Source: Octopus bimaculoides (taxonomy: Eukaryota). Taken from it: a DNA stretch of 58,338 bases. Position 1 is the stretch's first letter. Each line of letters begins with the position of its first letter. Positions 37,674 to 50,653 of this stretch are shown here, one piece after another. The position numbers and the translations under genes are program-made. The DNA lies in the NCBI RefSeq assembly GCF_001194135.2, contig NC_068981.1:62093696-62152033 (forward strand), read 5' to 3'. Under the pieces are notes generated by a model. It saw only the letters and a program-made list of their open reading frames with translations, was not told the origin of the DNA and did not search any database.

Positions 37674-37686
37674 TATAGTAGTAGTA
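37516..37686 (+). repeat. (GTA)n/(GCA)n compound trinucleotide repeat
   Basis: Direct reading. A separate (CTG)n run lies at ~37811-37845. Confidence 0.96.
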
Positions 37687-37809
37687 AATGAGGTGCGATA
37701 GAAATAGGGGATCTCAGACCTTGAAAAGTGGTAGGGGAGTGAGGATAAGGTTTTATAAACCGTTCATAGAATTATAGGCCAAATTGCAGTGTATCTTCTT
37801 TTGGCCTTC

Positions 37810-37845
<36 letters not shown>

Positions 37846-38554
37846 ATTATTGATGTTGATGCAGCTGTTATTTGTGTTGTTTCTGTTGCTGTCGTTGTTG
37901 TTATTTTGAAAAAAAATATTAGTTGTTTTTACTGTAATTGGTTGGTAGAAAAATATGAAATACAAAATATATCTTTCCTACACCTATTCTTTCTTTTTTC
38001 GTCTTGTTACAGATGCAATGGTTCGAACGTCGATGTTGTTGCTGCCATGATTTTTTTAAAATCACATTAATTTGTTTTTTCTGTTCATGTCGACGTTCTT
38101 ACTCTTGTTATCGTTAATGTTGATGCCCAACTACTTTTACTTGCAGATATTTTTGTTTTGGAGGCAAAGAAATATCAAAAAAATACGCAATACTATATTT
38201 ATTTGTAGTTTATATATCTTTGCCACGTATTTTGGTGTGGTTATTCATTAAATGTCAGAGACATTTTCGTGATCATATATTTTTGGGGTGAGGAGGAAGC
38301 TCGGCAGTAATACGTTTCTTTGTTGTGTCAAATGGAGAAGTACATAGTTTCTGTCTTAATGTTATAGTATGACAACTTTAAAATATTTATGACATTCCGA
38401 AAGCAGAATCTAAAACTTACACGGAAAAGTTTTCGTCACTGAGATTTGCAGAGTCGTATATGTATGCATGCATACAAGCATACAAACTTGCATGCATACA
38501 TATAGACAGGCAGACAGACAAACAGACAGACATAGAATACAGTTTCGCAAAGCC

Positions 38555-39790
38555 ATATTCCAGAGGGCAGCCTCTCCGTGTCTGTGATGCTGCTTATACT
38601 TTCTGTAAACCCTTTGTCATTCAGGTTAAGGAATTCTGAAGGATATCTCACTAGTTCACAAGGACACAGGGATACCAAAGGTACACAGTTTCTTTGTGGA
38701 TGACTTGAATATTCATGCAAACGAAATGCAGGAGAAGAAAAAGAGCCTTGACCTAGCTACATTTTCAAAGGAAGTATGGTTGGAGTTTGGTCAGAATAAA
38801 TGTTATATTGTTGTGAACAGCAGCAGGAAAACTGTAAACCAGACTGGTAACATCTCCATATATGACTTGACTGTTTTCCCTCTGTCGACGAGGAATGTTA
38901 CGGGTATCTAGGGGTGAATGAAAACATATCTTACAATGGCACCTGTAGCAAAACACCTATCAATAAAAAATATTATGAATGAAGAAAATGTAGACCTCAG
39001 CACTCTCTGCCTTCAATAAAACTGTGGCCTACAATGTGTTTACAGGGCCAGTACGCATACCAACATTTAGGCTGCTTGATTGGGATCTTGACGAGATACG
39101 AGCCATTGATGTGAAAACCCGGAAAATACTAACAACACACATAATTTTCACATAAACAGTGACGACCCCCCCCCTACCTGAAAGGAAATCAAGACAGCAG
39201 AGGTTTAACATCGATCCAATATGCATTTGAATGCCGTATCATATCCCTTCGGCAGCATCTTTTAATCACAACTGTCGAAGATCATCCCTTGATCAAGGTT
39301 GCATACATGAGGCTGATAACATCGTAAGACTTGGAAGGTAGCTGCCTTCCAAGTCTTGAGCAACATTCCTTTGCTGATAACCTTAAATACAAGACCAAAA
39401 AAGTCGCACGACTCTACCGCAACGTACCATGAGATGAAAATATTAGCGTATATGAGCAGAAGACCATACATGGATATGTTAGTAGAAAGCTCTGAGATGA
39501 TAATAACATTGATCATCGAAGCAGTTTATCGTGGAACAACAACCAGAATACTACCTCCCACTTTGAAGGATATGCGTTTGCAATCCAGGAACAGGAAATA
39601 TCAACCAAATAACTGATGCATAAAAGGGGTAGAGATGCAGGAAAAGATGTAAAATTTGACAATCGATGCAGATTTGCGGAGTTAACACGGAAGATTTCAT
39701 TCACATCATAAGACGTTGTCCGAAAATATCATCACGGTATTATCTACCGATGAGACATGATGTTGTAGCTAAAGCGGATACTGCCATGCA
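38555..39790 (+). mobile_element. R4/Dong-like RLE non-LTR retrotransposon, degenerate 3' half
   Basis: GSLSV..LILSVNPLSF, FVDD (38693), LEFGQNKC, CYGYLGV, IDVKTRKILT, GYAFAIQEQEISTK, then C-x2-C-x8-H-x4-C (one frameshift) and RHD at 39667-39775. Confidence 0.8.
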
Positions 39791-39971
39791 TTTGATTAAC
39801 AGATATACTAAATACAGTACCACATAACCGGGCGGGGAAATAGGTATATGGATAGAATAATATGAACACATGGATGTGAGTATATAAATCTACATACATA
39901 AATACACACACACATGCACACACATATAGAGATAGATATCTAGATAAACACAGAGAAACAGACAGAGAAGC

Positions 39972-40053
<82 letters not shown>
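39972..40053 (+). repeat. (GATA)n microsatellite
   Basis: Direct reading. Confidence 0.97.
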
Positions 40054-40054
<1 letters not shown>

Positions 40055-40119
40055 AATGAACAAGTAAGGACTACGAAATCACTACATGAAATTTGGTGTC
40101 TGTATACATCACATAATTT

Positions 40120-40494
40120 GGAGGCGCAATGGCCCAGTGGTTAGGGCAGCGGACTTGTGGTCATAGGATCGCGGTTTCGATTCCCAGAACGGGCGTTGTA
40201 AGTGCTTATTGAGCGAAAACACCTAGAGCTCCACGAGGCTCCGGCAGGGGATGTTGACGAACCCTGCTGTACTCTTTCACCACAACCCTCTCTCACTCTT
40301 ACTTCCTGTTTCTGTTGTGCCTGTAATTCAATGGGTCAGCCTGTGTCACGCTGAATATCATCAAGAACTACGTTAATGGTACACGTGTCTGTGGAGTGCT
40401 CAGCCACTTGCACGTTAATTTCACGAGCAGGCTGTTCCGTTGATCGGATCAACTGGAACCCTCGACGTTGTAAGCGACGGAGTGCCAACAACAA
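40120..40494 (+). mobile_element. tRNA-derived SINE family B, full length, 14-bp TSD
   Basis: Reverse complement of 17116-17507 at high similarity. TSD ACATCACATA(A/G)TTT at 40106-40119 and 40495-40508. Confidence 0.92.
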
Positions 40495-40644
40495 ACATCA
40501 CATAGTTTTCTTTGTATCGAAGTTTTATTTTGAATCACTTTTATTATCGAAGTTAAAAAGTAATACACATTTCAAAATACTTAATTGAGCACCTGTCATT
40601 TTTTCTGCATTAAATTCTCGTTTAGTAAGCTTTTATTAATCGTA

Positions 40645-41015
40645 TACTCTTTTACTTGTTTCAGACATTTGACTGCGGCCATGCTGGAGCACCGCCTTTA
40701 GTCGAGCAAATCGACCCCAGGACTTATTCTTTGTAAGCCTAGTACTTATTCTATCGGTTTCTTTTGCCGAACCGCTAATGTTATGGGGACGTAAGCACAC
40801 CAGCATCGGTCGTGAAGCGATGTTGGGGACAAACACAGACACACAAACATATATATACACACACACATATATATGTATGCATAAGTACGACGGGCTTCTT
40901 TCAGTTTCCGTCTACCAAATCCACTCACAAGGCTTTGGTCGGCCCGAGGTTATAGTAGAAGACACTTGCCCAAGCAGCCCCGCAGTGGGACTGAACCCGG
41001 CACCATGTGGTTGGT
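40645..41015 (-). mobile_element. SINE family C with internal microsatellite, head truncated
   Basis: B-box-like gggttcagtccc, cttgggcaagtgtcttc body, internal (TA/TG)n, and 3' gcggtgctccagcatggccgcagtc. Confidence 0.85.
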
Positions 41016-42326
41016 GAGTAAATAGTAAATAGTAAATAGTAAATATTAAGGCTCCTAACAAAAAAAAATGTATCATAGCATCTGTCATGCCAAGTGAATG
41101 TTCTGTCTGATTACAAACCTAAAATATCCTTTATTGATGTCTATATTGGCAACGAAACAAATTATTTGGGGGCCTAATACGATCCCTATCTATTAGTGGT
41201 GCGTATCTATTGTGCCACTAATTCAAAACAAATGTTGACTTGCAGTGATCAGAATCAACTTTTCAGTGGGAATCCATTTATTCCAAATTGGTTTAGAGTC
41301 AAGCTGAGAAGGCTTCATGCAATATATTCATTCTTTCAACTACGAATTACATAGAAGAAAGACATAAAAGAAACATGACGCAAGAAATACGTTAAACTTA
41401 GAGATCAAAAGTTTACAAGAGAAGAGACTGAAGTGTAGTACATAAGTTTGGAGTTTAAATTTTTGTGACCGTATTTTCTCTCACAAATGTTTCAGACGGA
41501 ATTTTCTCTTCACAGAGACATAGATATATTGTTAAAAGTCGTAAAAGTAATCTGTTCAACATTTATCTTCTTTCTGGATGAGGATTCTTGATATCTAGCA
41601 GCTATTTCAGGTATAAATGATTCATAGCTATGCGGCAAATGGTATGAACCAATAAATCTTGCCACCAAGGAAACACGAAAATTACTCCGATGTCAATATG
41701 TCATATCAATACATTATTAATGCATAGATTCAATACCTCATTAATCAATTGTATAAAAATGTATAGCATATAATTTTCATCCCCCAAAGAATGTCACTTA
41801 AATAGGTGCCATCTCGCAGCTGGAATTAAGCATTGCGTAAAGCAATAATAACCACATATTAATAAATAACTGCAAAGTGTCAAGCGAATATATGCCTTCA
41901 TTGAATAATTAGTCATGCAAATATCTAAAGCCTCGCTTAACGAAAAAAAAGGCGAAATATTTTGCACTGAATACGATTATAATTAATTTTCGTTCAATAT
42001 GTATAGTCAGACTCCCTGCTCTGTCATTTTCTTATGACAGCTAGAATATCTAAAACAATAAACATTTTAACGTTTTTACTGAGAATATATGAAACAAACG
42101 AATTGAATTAATAGTGAAAATTTCTGAGGGCGCAAACGACTACCTCCACACAGAAGTTAATTTCTATTCCAATGGTGTAGTGTTTTCTCTGTCTACTCAA
42201 TCAATTGAAACACTGAGTCTTTTGACACACTGTATATAATAAACAAAACTTTCTAATATAAGTATGACTCTCTCTAATACAGATTTTGATATAAATTTGT
42301 GGAGTAGCCCCAATTCAGCAGGTCTA

Positions 42327-42473
42327 CAGTATTTCCTACGAGTTACCTATGTAAGTCTTAAACATTGGAACGAAGGCAAAAACTGTCTATCAAACATTAC
42401 ATTAAATTGCCGGAGACTGGAAGATTGGAACTTCGAATAATCTGACCTTAATTGCGGTAATGTAGGAGTACTG
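42327..42473. mobile_element. Small Tc1/mariner-type MITE candidate
   Basis: TA|CAGTATTTCCTAC ... GTAGGAGTACTG|TA inverted ends. Confidence 0.4.
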
Positions 42474-43053
42474 TAGTTCATTTAATTTTGTATATAAATT
42501 TAATATTTATTTAATTTAGCGTGCATTGAAAAAAGTGACCAGCGATGTTATTCTGGGAAGTATATAAGAATGAAGGTTCCGTAAAATCCGATGATCAACT
42601 TCATTCCAATTGTATATTACCTGTATAATTCTTGAGACGGGCAAGTACATATTTTCAACAACTTATGATATATATTTATATCTTTTACTCGTTTCAGTTA
42701 TTAGACTGCGGTCGTGTTGGGGTGCTGTGCACACATATTATTACATACAATTATAATTTATTCAGCATTTCGATGTGTTAAATATGATGTACGATTTTAT
42801 TTTATTTGGGGCTCCTTCCTGCGGTCCTAGTTACTCATGTCCGGGTTGACGAAGCTTTATGCACATCTCAAAAATTTACTGCTTGCTACTTTTATAAATA
42901 AGAAGTAGCGTTGTTATTGGGCTGTGCATACCTAATTCAATATTTGATTTGATCATTTATAGCCAAATATTTTAACTCGCTTTGCCTTTGAGAATATTAT
43001 CAAAGGTAACTGTTTTGAATGCATCATTTTTAATATTTGCGTCTGTGTTATTC

Positions 43054-43610
43054 CTAGGTCATGGTGGATATGTCATTTGTTGTAGATTCGTTCAAAAGGT
43101 GTCTGTATTTTGTGATAAAGAACGACTCTTTACTAATTCGTTGGCTACGGGATGTATAGTATTTCAATTGATAGAGGGGAAAAATTATGAACCTCGGATT
43201 TTTTGTTATTGGCGCAAATGTCGATATGTTGGCTGGATGTTATTTTTCTGTTTAGGGGAATTTTGATCTGGGATATATGCAGAGCCATCCTTTGACGTAG
43301 ACATTTATTTTGGCTGGCTTATGTGTTGCTCTTGACACCCAGAGCAGGTTAGAGCATGTATCAGGTTCTCCGAAGCACACGTGAAGCTGCTTTTCACTGT
43401 GAAACGTTGTCTCTGTTGACTTTTTTTTCTTATAAATAACAGCCCGTGTGTCCCTTTGCAAACTTCTACATATTTATATATATATTTGAAGTTAAGCAAC
43501 ACATTTTCAATAGGTTAAAGCAGTACGTACGTATTTTGTTTTTGGTTTTTATCCTACCAAATTCTGGTGCTTCAAGCATTTTAAGTACCACATTTAATAT
43601 TTTGATTAAA
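43054..43610 (-). mobile_element. Penelope-like (Neptune-type) GIY-YIG endonuclease region, degenerate
   Basis: RFTVKSSFTCASENLIHALTCSGCQEQHISQ, HIDICA, IFPLYQL...RISKESFFITKYRHLLN*. Confidence 0.75.
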
Positions 43611-43701
43611 TCTATATATATATACACGAGTAATTGGACAAACGAAAGAAGGGCACTCAACAAATTTATTGTGAGTTACATGTATGGATCAAAGCACTTT
43701 T

Positions 43702-43762
43702 ATTCAATATCGATGGTGCACTTGCGTTTCAAGCGTGCTACTAGTCATCAGCCATTTTGAAT
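43702..43762 (-). ncRNA. Type-I hammerhead ribozyme candidate (repeated identically at 44387-44447)
   Basis: AUUCAA-a-AUGG-CUGAUGA-(14 nt)-GAAAC-GCAAGUG-CA-CCAU-cgaua-UUGAAU. CUGAUGA and GAAAC are intact, but the cleavage triplet reads GCA rather than NUH and stem II is weak. Confidence 0.45.
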
Positions 43763-44262
43763 TTGAATGAAAGAAGTTGATTGTTATTAACGTAAGGTGG
43801 GCTGCAAATATTCGAGGAAGGTCATGCAGAGTCCTGGTTTAATGTTGGTATATGGTTAACAATTAGACGGAAAATACCACATGGTGAACAGATAATTGAC
43901 CATCTGAAGGACAGGAAATAGACANNNNNNNNNNNNNNNNNNNNNNNNNNNNNNNNNNNNNNNNNNNNNNNNNNNNNNNNNNNNNNNNNNNNNNNNNNNN
44001 NNNNNNNNNNNNNNNNNNNNNNNNNNNNNNNNNNNNNNNNNNNNNNNNNNNNNNNNNNNNNNNNNNNNNNNNNNNNNNNNNNNNNNNNNNNNNNNNNNNN
44101 NNNNNNNNNNNNNNNNNNNNNNNNNNNNNNNNNNNNNNNNNNNNNNNNNNNNNNNNNNNNNNNNNNNNNNNNNNNNNNNNNNNNNNNNNNNNNNNNNNNN
44201 NNNNNNNNNNNNNNNNNNNNNNNNNNNNNNNNNNNNNNNNNNNNNNNNNNNNNNNNNNNNNN

Positions 44263-44309
<47 letters not shown>

Positions 44310-44312
<3 letters not shown>

Positions 44313-44690
44313 GAGTAATTGGACAAACGAAAGAAGGGCACTCAACAAATTTATTGTGAGTTACATGTATGGATCAAAGCACTTTTATTCAATATCGATG
44401 GTGCACTTGCGTTTCAAGCGTGCTACTAGTCATCAGCCATTTTGAATTTGAATGAAAGAAGTTGATTGTTATTAACGTAAGGTGGGCTGCAAATATTCGA
44501 GGAAGGTCATGCAGAGTCCTGGTTTAATGTTGGTATATGGTTAACAATTAGACGGAAAATACCACATGGTGAACAGATAATTGACCATCTGAAGGACAGG
44601 AAATAGACAACGTAGCAGATAGTAAGTCGGTCAGGTGGTTGGAGATTGACGAAAGAAGGGTCTGCAACGTATTCATATGGTTTTGCGTGC
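44310..44690 (-). mobile_element. PLE pseudo-LTR-like unit: ORF end IPTLNQDSA*, hammerhead-like motif, short terminal redundancy
   Basis: Stop at 44509-44507, ~60 nt upstream of the hammerhead motif. ACGAAAGAAGGG occurs at 44327 and 44649 (period 322). The 3' end abuts (TA)n. Confidence 0.55.
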
Positions 44691-45044
44691 TTTTATGTAC
44701 TGATGCGCGCGTGCGCGTCTCTAAATGGACATGCACCCTCACGTCTGCTCACACACACATACATCAAGTGGTCTACTGTCGACAGAACACCATGATATTC
44801 ACCCGGCACCCCAAATGCCAGTTCTACCTTCGCGAAGAACTCCATATCCTCCAGCAACTCGCAGTTGCATCAACAAGAAATCCTCTGACTGCCGACAACC
44901 CGGATATACCACATGAGCATCAGCTGCTACTCTGCACCGCCTGCACCACGATCACCACTGCCAACCAACCCCATGAGCAGGACAGCCAATGACCACTCCC
45001 CAACGTTTACCAGTTCTCCACGCTTAACAATCCTCAACGTTTGT

Positions 45045-45340
45045 CTTGCGCGTGTATACTCAGGAGCGTGCGCGAAAGCCCATGTGCAGGCACATGCGTG
45101 TTTTCATACACACTTGTGTGCATGCCTATATACATCCGTATATACATATGTACGTACGGATGAATACGAATATGCGTGTGTATGCGTGTATGTATGTGCA
45201 CGCGTGCGTATGCACATGTATGTGTGTGCGTGTTCGTACAAGTGTATGCGTGTGTGTTTGCGTATGTGTGGAGGGGTGCAGAGGTGTGTGTGCACGCCCA
45301 TCTACAGATTCGCACGCTCGCATCAATATACACATGAAAG
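45045..45340. repeat. Degenerate alternating purine/pyrimidine (CA/TG/CG/TA) tract
   Basis: Direct reading; source of several spurious ORFs. Confidence 0.85.
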
Positions 45341-46893
45341 CAAAACCATATGAGCACGTCTGCTCACCCTCATAGAGAACTATATATTTGCACATGCAGC
45401 ACCTTTCTTCGTTCTCCTCACCTCACAGCATACCCATTCCAATTATTACTGTTTTTGTTATTCGTTACGGTACCTTATAATTACGTATATTTTATTGCTC
45501 ACATATGCACACATGTAGGCACATATAGTACTTCTTGTTGTCCTACATGTCTACACCCATGTATGCACATCTAGGTATGGATCATATTTGTTATCTAGGT
45601 ATGTAATGACATGTATATGCATATAAACGTGTGTATCTGCTTGTACATGTATGTTTCGCATACATATATATGCTATTTATTATGTTTGTATTTATATATA
45701 TATATATGTGTGTTTCCCCTTCTCTTGCTGCACTGGTACGATTATATTTGTACTGTGTATTTTTATATGTATACCTTAATCGTACATCTACAAGAATTCC
45801 TGCATATATATATAATATTGTGCAAATATGTTTCTACACACATATGAGTAAATATACGCATATTCTTTTCCTTATTAGTTTATATTTCTCCTATATTATG
45901 AGTAAATAATTTGTACACTTATGCATACCCGTCTACTCATACGTTTGCTTATATTGTTACTGGTACTACCCCATACAGATTGAATAACACTACGACCTTA
46001 CTACCATTACATATCCTTCTGACATAATACTAACCTAGATTATTACCTGTAAAATAATCTTTGTATATACTAAGACACACCTACTGTTAACCTAACACCT
46101 TAATATTCAAGCAAGCTTTTTTTTTTGCTCCTCTCTTCCTCCGCTCATGTATCACCCCTACATTTATTTATTTATATATTAGGTATTCCTATATTTATTT
46201 CCAAATGCAAATTCACTTTTTTTATCTTTATAAACACATCAAGTACATACACTATTTTAATTGTAATTTTAACAAGTGTATTCCTGTTTTACTTACTCCT
46301 TCTGCTTTATCATTAATACGTGTTATCTAATATGATTTTTTAATGAAAACATGAGTCCCTTATATACATGGTATTTTATATTTCACTTATTGTTATCCAT
46401 TTATTTCCTCTTCTTATATACCACCTCCTCTCGCTAAAACTTCATTCCTATGTATAGAATTTGTTTTTTAAATATAATATACAACGTAATGATTTCAACG
46501 GCTAGCTCATCTTTTAATCCAAACCTAGGAGTGTCTTTCGATTGGATTTTCTAATACATATTTGCCCTACGCTACTTATTTAGAGTTTAAATCTGTAATT
46601 TCTATACTCATCTATAGATGAAACGTCTGTGATACCTCTTTCCTTATATCTTCAAATATCTGTTGTAGCCGTTAGTTATGGTTAAATATCTGACATGACT
46701 CACATCTCTTTAATCTCCTAGTTTTAATTTTCGTGCTATATACTTTCTCATATTCTTTGTATTATGGTTTTTACTTCCTGCACTAAAGATTATGTTGATA
46801 TTTAATTAATTTAATTTAATTTAATCATTAATTTACATTATTAATATATCTCTGTACGAAACGATTGTCTGCTGGACTTAAACTTTTTATATA

Positions 46894-48163
46894 CCAGGTG
46901 AACCAATAAGTTCAGTCCGATTTTATCTTTTTAAAAATTGAATGAAATTTAATAGTATTTTAGAATGTCTAATGGAATTAATAATTATTTCTATACATTT
47001 GTATACATTTAAACTAATTAAATATTTATTTTTACAGAATAATAGAATTAACATTTCTTTGACTAAAACTCTTTGTAGCATGAAAGTATCCAAAGAGCAT
47101 TTAAGGCAATAATGGTTTATGAGTACAAGAAAAGAAACTCTGCAGTCGTAGCGACTGGAAACACAAGAATGCTTGAATGAAAAATACATGCAGAAGATGA
47201 TTTGCAAAATTTAGAAGTTGGGATTTCAGCATTGAAGATGAAGATCGAACAGGGTGTCCAGTTGAGTTTGATGATAGGCTCCTTGAGGCATTACATGAAG
47301 AAAATCCTGCATCATCAGTTGAAGAATTGGCAATAAAGCTTAGTTCAAACCTTACAACTGTTCATCGTGATCTTCAACAACTTGGAAAGGTTCCTAAAAT
47401 TGGGAAATGTGTGCCTCGTGAATTGTCCGAAAACAAGCAAAAATCCCGAGTTGACATCTACTCTCCTCTCCATTCTTGCGAATTCATTTCACCCTTTTTG
47501 GATAGACTTGTAACTGATGACGAGAAATGGACCTTCTATCGAAATGTTAAACGTCGTAAACAGTCGTTTGGTGAAAGGGAAAAAGCTCAACCACAACCGA
47601 GAAATGAACTTCATGGGAAAAAAGGTTCTTCTCTCTATCTGGTGGGATTGCAAAGGAGTAATTCACTTTGAATTGTTACCACCTAATGCCACAATAAATG
47701 CTCAAGCCTACTGTCATCAATTAGAGAGTTTGAAGAAAGCTTTGAAGCAAAAAAGACCCGCTTTAGTGAATTGAAAAGGAGTGATGTTTCATCTGGACAA
47801 TGCGCGACCCCACACTGCAAAGATAACATCAGAGAAGATCGAAGAGCTTGGTTGGGAAAACATTCCTCATCCACCTTATTCTTGCAACCTTACTACTTCA
47901 GACTACCATTTGTTTCGTGGTTTACAGTATCATTTTGGGCCATAACTTTCGGAAGCCAGGAGGAGGTCGAAACTGACATTTCAGAGTTCTTTGCTTTCAA
48001 ACCAAAAGAGTTTTACATTGATAGGATTAAATAGCTTGTAAACAGATGGAAGAAAGTCATAGATAATCAGGAAAAGTATATTGATGATCAAGTTTCAATT
48101 AAATATAACAGTTGACCACTTGTTATTTTATTCAAAATTCGGAGAGCTTATGGGATGACCTGA
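46894..48163 (+). mobile_element. Full-length mariner (DD34D), same family as 23342-24616, pseudogene
   Basis: TA-flanked TIRs. LVTDDEKW, HLDNARPH and SDYHL give 34-residue spacing; frameshifts and a stop are present. Confidence 0.95.
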
Positions 48164-48914
48164 TATGTATCAGGCTCGTGACATTTCTTTCTAGATTTAA
48201 CATTTACCTGCTATCACATGATTTATGTTTTCAGTTACGAAAATAAATGAAAATGCTGTATAAGATGAAACCTAAAAAAATTCAGTTCTAACTATGATTA
48301 TTATGTGAAGAATTCGATTTTTGTTACTTATTAATTTGTTTCAGGCAAAAGAGTTGAGAAAATAATGTTAGATTTTGGATTGTCACGAGCTAATTAGGTT
48401 GGCACAGCTGCAGCAGTTTGAATGGACTGAGACAATTTAATATTTCTCCAATCTTCTTTTCCTGAAGAGGTAGAACAATTTAATCTAATTATTCTAAGAA
48501 AGTTTCTGTCCAATTTTCGTTTAAAAATATTCCTAATTTGTCATGTAATTATAAAATCAAGATTTCGAATAAATGCAACAGATATTTTCGAAACGTCCTA
48601 CTGTCATTGTTAAATTGATATCGTGCTACAAGACATCATGAAGGACAATGTTTATGGTCTCTATTCCGCTCGGCATTTTTCATCCAGTTCTTCATAGAAT
48701 TTCTGATTGTACTTCGCACTAATTCTCTTAGACAAAGGATTAGATTTCATGCGAAAATTATACACGGCAAATGAAGTTCATTCTTCTTATATGATTATTT
48801 ACATTTTATATGATACAATACAAAAGAACTAATGACAATAATCAATGTAGGTAGTAGGAAATCTATTTGGTCACTGAATCTGCAATTGAAAAGTATTTTT
48901 CATAATTTATCTTT

Positions 48915-49110
48915 TATATCTTAGTTATTTTAGTCATTAGATTGCAGTCATGCTGGGGCACATCCTTAAAGATTTTTAGCGGAGAGTATCGAAAGCGAGA
49001 CTTATTTTATCGGTTCCTTCTACGGGGCTACTAAATGACGGGAGTATAAAGAAGCCAATACTGGTTGTTAAACGACAATGCGGGACAAACACAGACACAT
49101 ACGCACACAC
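48915..49110 (-). mobile_element. SINE family C 3' fragment, diverged
   Basis: gattgcagtcatgctggggcac ... ggacaaacacagacac. Confidence 0.65.
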
Positions 49111-49222
49111 ATATTCCTCACTTATCTGTGATGTTACGCAGTAGTACTGAACTTGGAATCATCCTATGAATAAAGATTAACTGCTAATGTGTGTTTGTTT
49201 ATTCTCACACCAGATGCAGCTT

Positions 49223-49443
49223 ATATGTGGCAGTGCTGAAAAGTTCCTGGTTTTAAGGTTATCGCGAAATGCCTGAATGGAGGCCCAAACTACCTAGTTC
49301 TTTTACAGAGTTTAGAAAATCTCAAGGACCGTTGCAATAAGTGCGCGAATATGAGAGGGGAATATGTTGAATAAAATCGTAATTAACTAATCCTCCTGTA
49401 TTTTATTTTACTCAACACCAAAGCATTTTCAGCTCCCATTTTT
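49223..49443 (+). mobile_element. mariner-derived MITE (~220 bp)
   Basis: Imperfect TIRs gtgctgaaaagttcctgg / ccaaagcattttcagc. The interior retains a transposase C-terminus (LKDRCNKC..RGEYVE*). Confidence 0.7.
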
Positions 49444-50547
49444 ATATCTTAAAATTAAGCGATGCGAAACGGACAGTTTGAGCTCCAATTTTCGGCAGGC
49501 TATGTGACTAAATTTAATTTAGATATGGTTCGATGTCTAAATTAAACGAAGTCGCAGTTGAATCCCTTACGTTTTGAATACTCGAGCAACGTATTTATTT
49601 TTATTTTCGCACCTATGATTCTGAAATGCAGAAGTATCTAAACTGATATTGTGTTTCGGTGAACTAGTAGGAAAAATTGATTAACATTTGCTTTTATCCT
49701 CGTTAATATACAGGCAGTGATATGCCCTGCAACGAAGAAAAGCCATGTTACTATCCGATAGATGGACACGAACAAACTGGCGCTAGGAATAAAATTTTAC
49801 TTTGAGTTTTTAGTAGGTGAAAACACCGGAATATCAGTTCATTTACATCGTTTAACATACATTAATTCAAACCCAGTAACATATAATTGTCATTAGCGTC
49901 GCTGCGCATACTGTCAAAAGTGTGGGACACAGTGGATCCGAGCTACTGATGACCTGCGAAAACACAGCACAAGCCGTGATTTAGGGACCCTTCCTTCTGT
50001 TATTGATATTCTAAACGTCTATGCGAGCTCACTCGTGAAGAATACTGCAAGTATAATATACGGAATATTTCGATAATATAACGTTAGGTTTGTACTCATC
50101 TCGCATCTCTTCGGCCATACGCAATTCATATATATATACATATATATNNNNNNNNNNNNNNNNNNNNNNNNNNNNNNNNNNNNNNNNNNNNNNNNNNNNN
50201 NNNNNNNNNNNNNNNNNNNNNNNNNNNNNNNNNNNNNNNNNNNNNNNNNNNNNNNNNNNNNNNNNNNNNNNNNNNNNNNNNNNNNNNNNNNNNNNNNNNN
50301 NNNCTTTAGACTAATTAATTACCATCAAGTAGTCGCATTACCAAGACCACTGCAATCATAACTACGAACAAGAAACATCCAACATCTATTAAAGCAACAA
50401 ATAACCACTTCCAACATTAATCATTATATTATCCCCATCTCCTATCTATCTATTTATCTATCTAATCTATCTATATGCATATTTCCCCGTTAACCATTAT
50501 CAATACTAACTTCGTCGACTATCTCATCGCTACTACTATTATTATAT

Positions 50548-50653
<106 letters not shown>

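Noticed and set aside
43625-44609. 300-bp direct repeat as a true tandem hammerhead dimer
   Set aside because: The copies are identical, separated by a gap, and differ only in the preceding (TA)n length, so an allelic/assembly duplication is most likely. Long reads could overturn this, which would be interesting.
47514-47527. CTGATGA-cga-GAAA
   Set aside because: It is the TDDEK codons of the mariner transposase.
49946-49961. CTGATGA-cctgc-GAAA
   Set aside because: Only a 3-bp stem I and no stem II.
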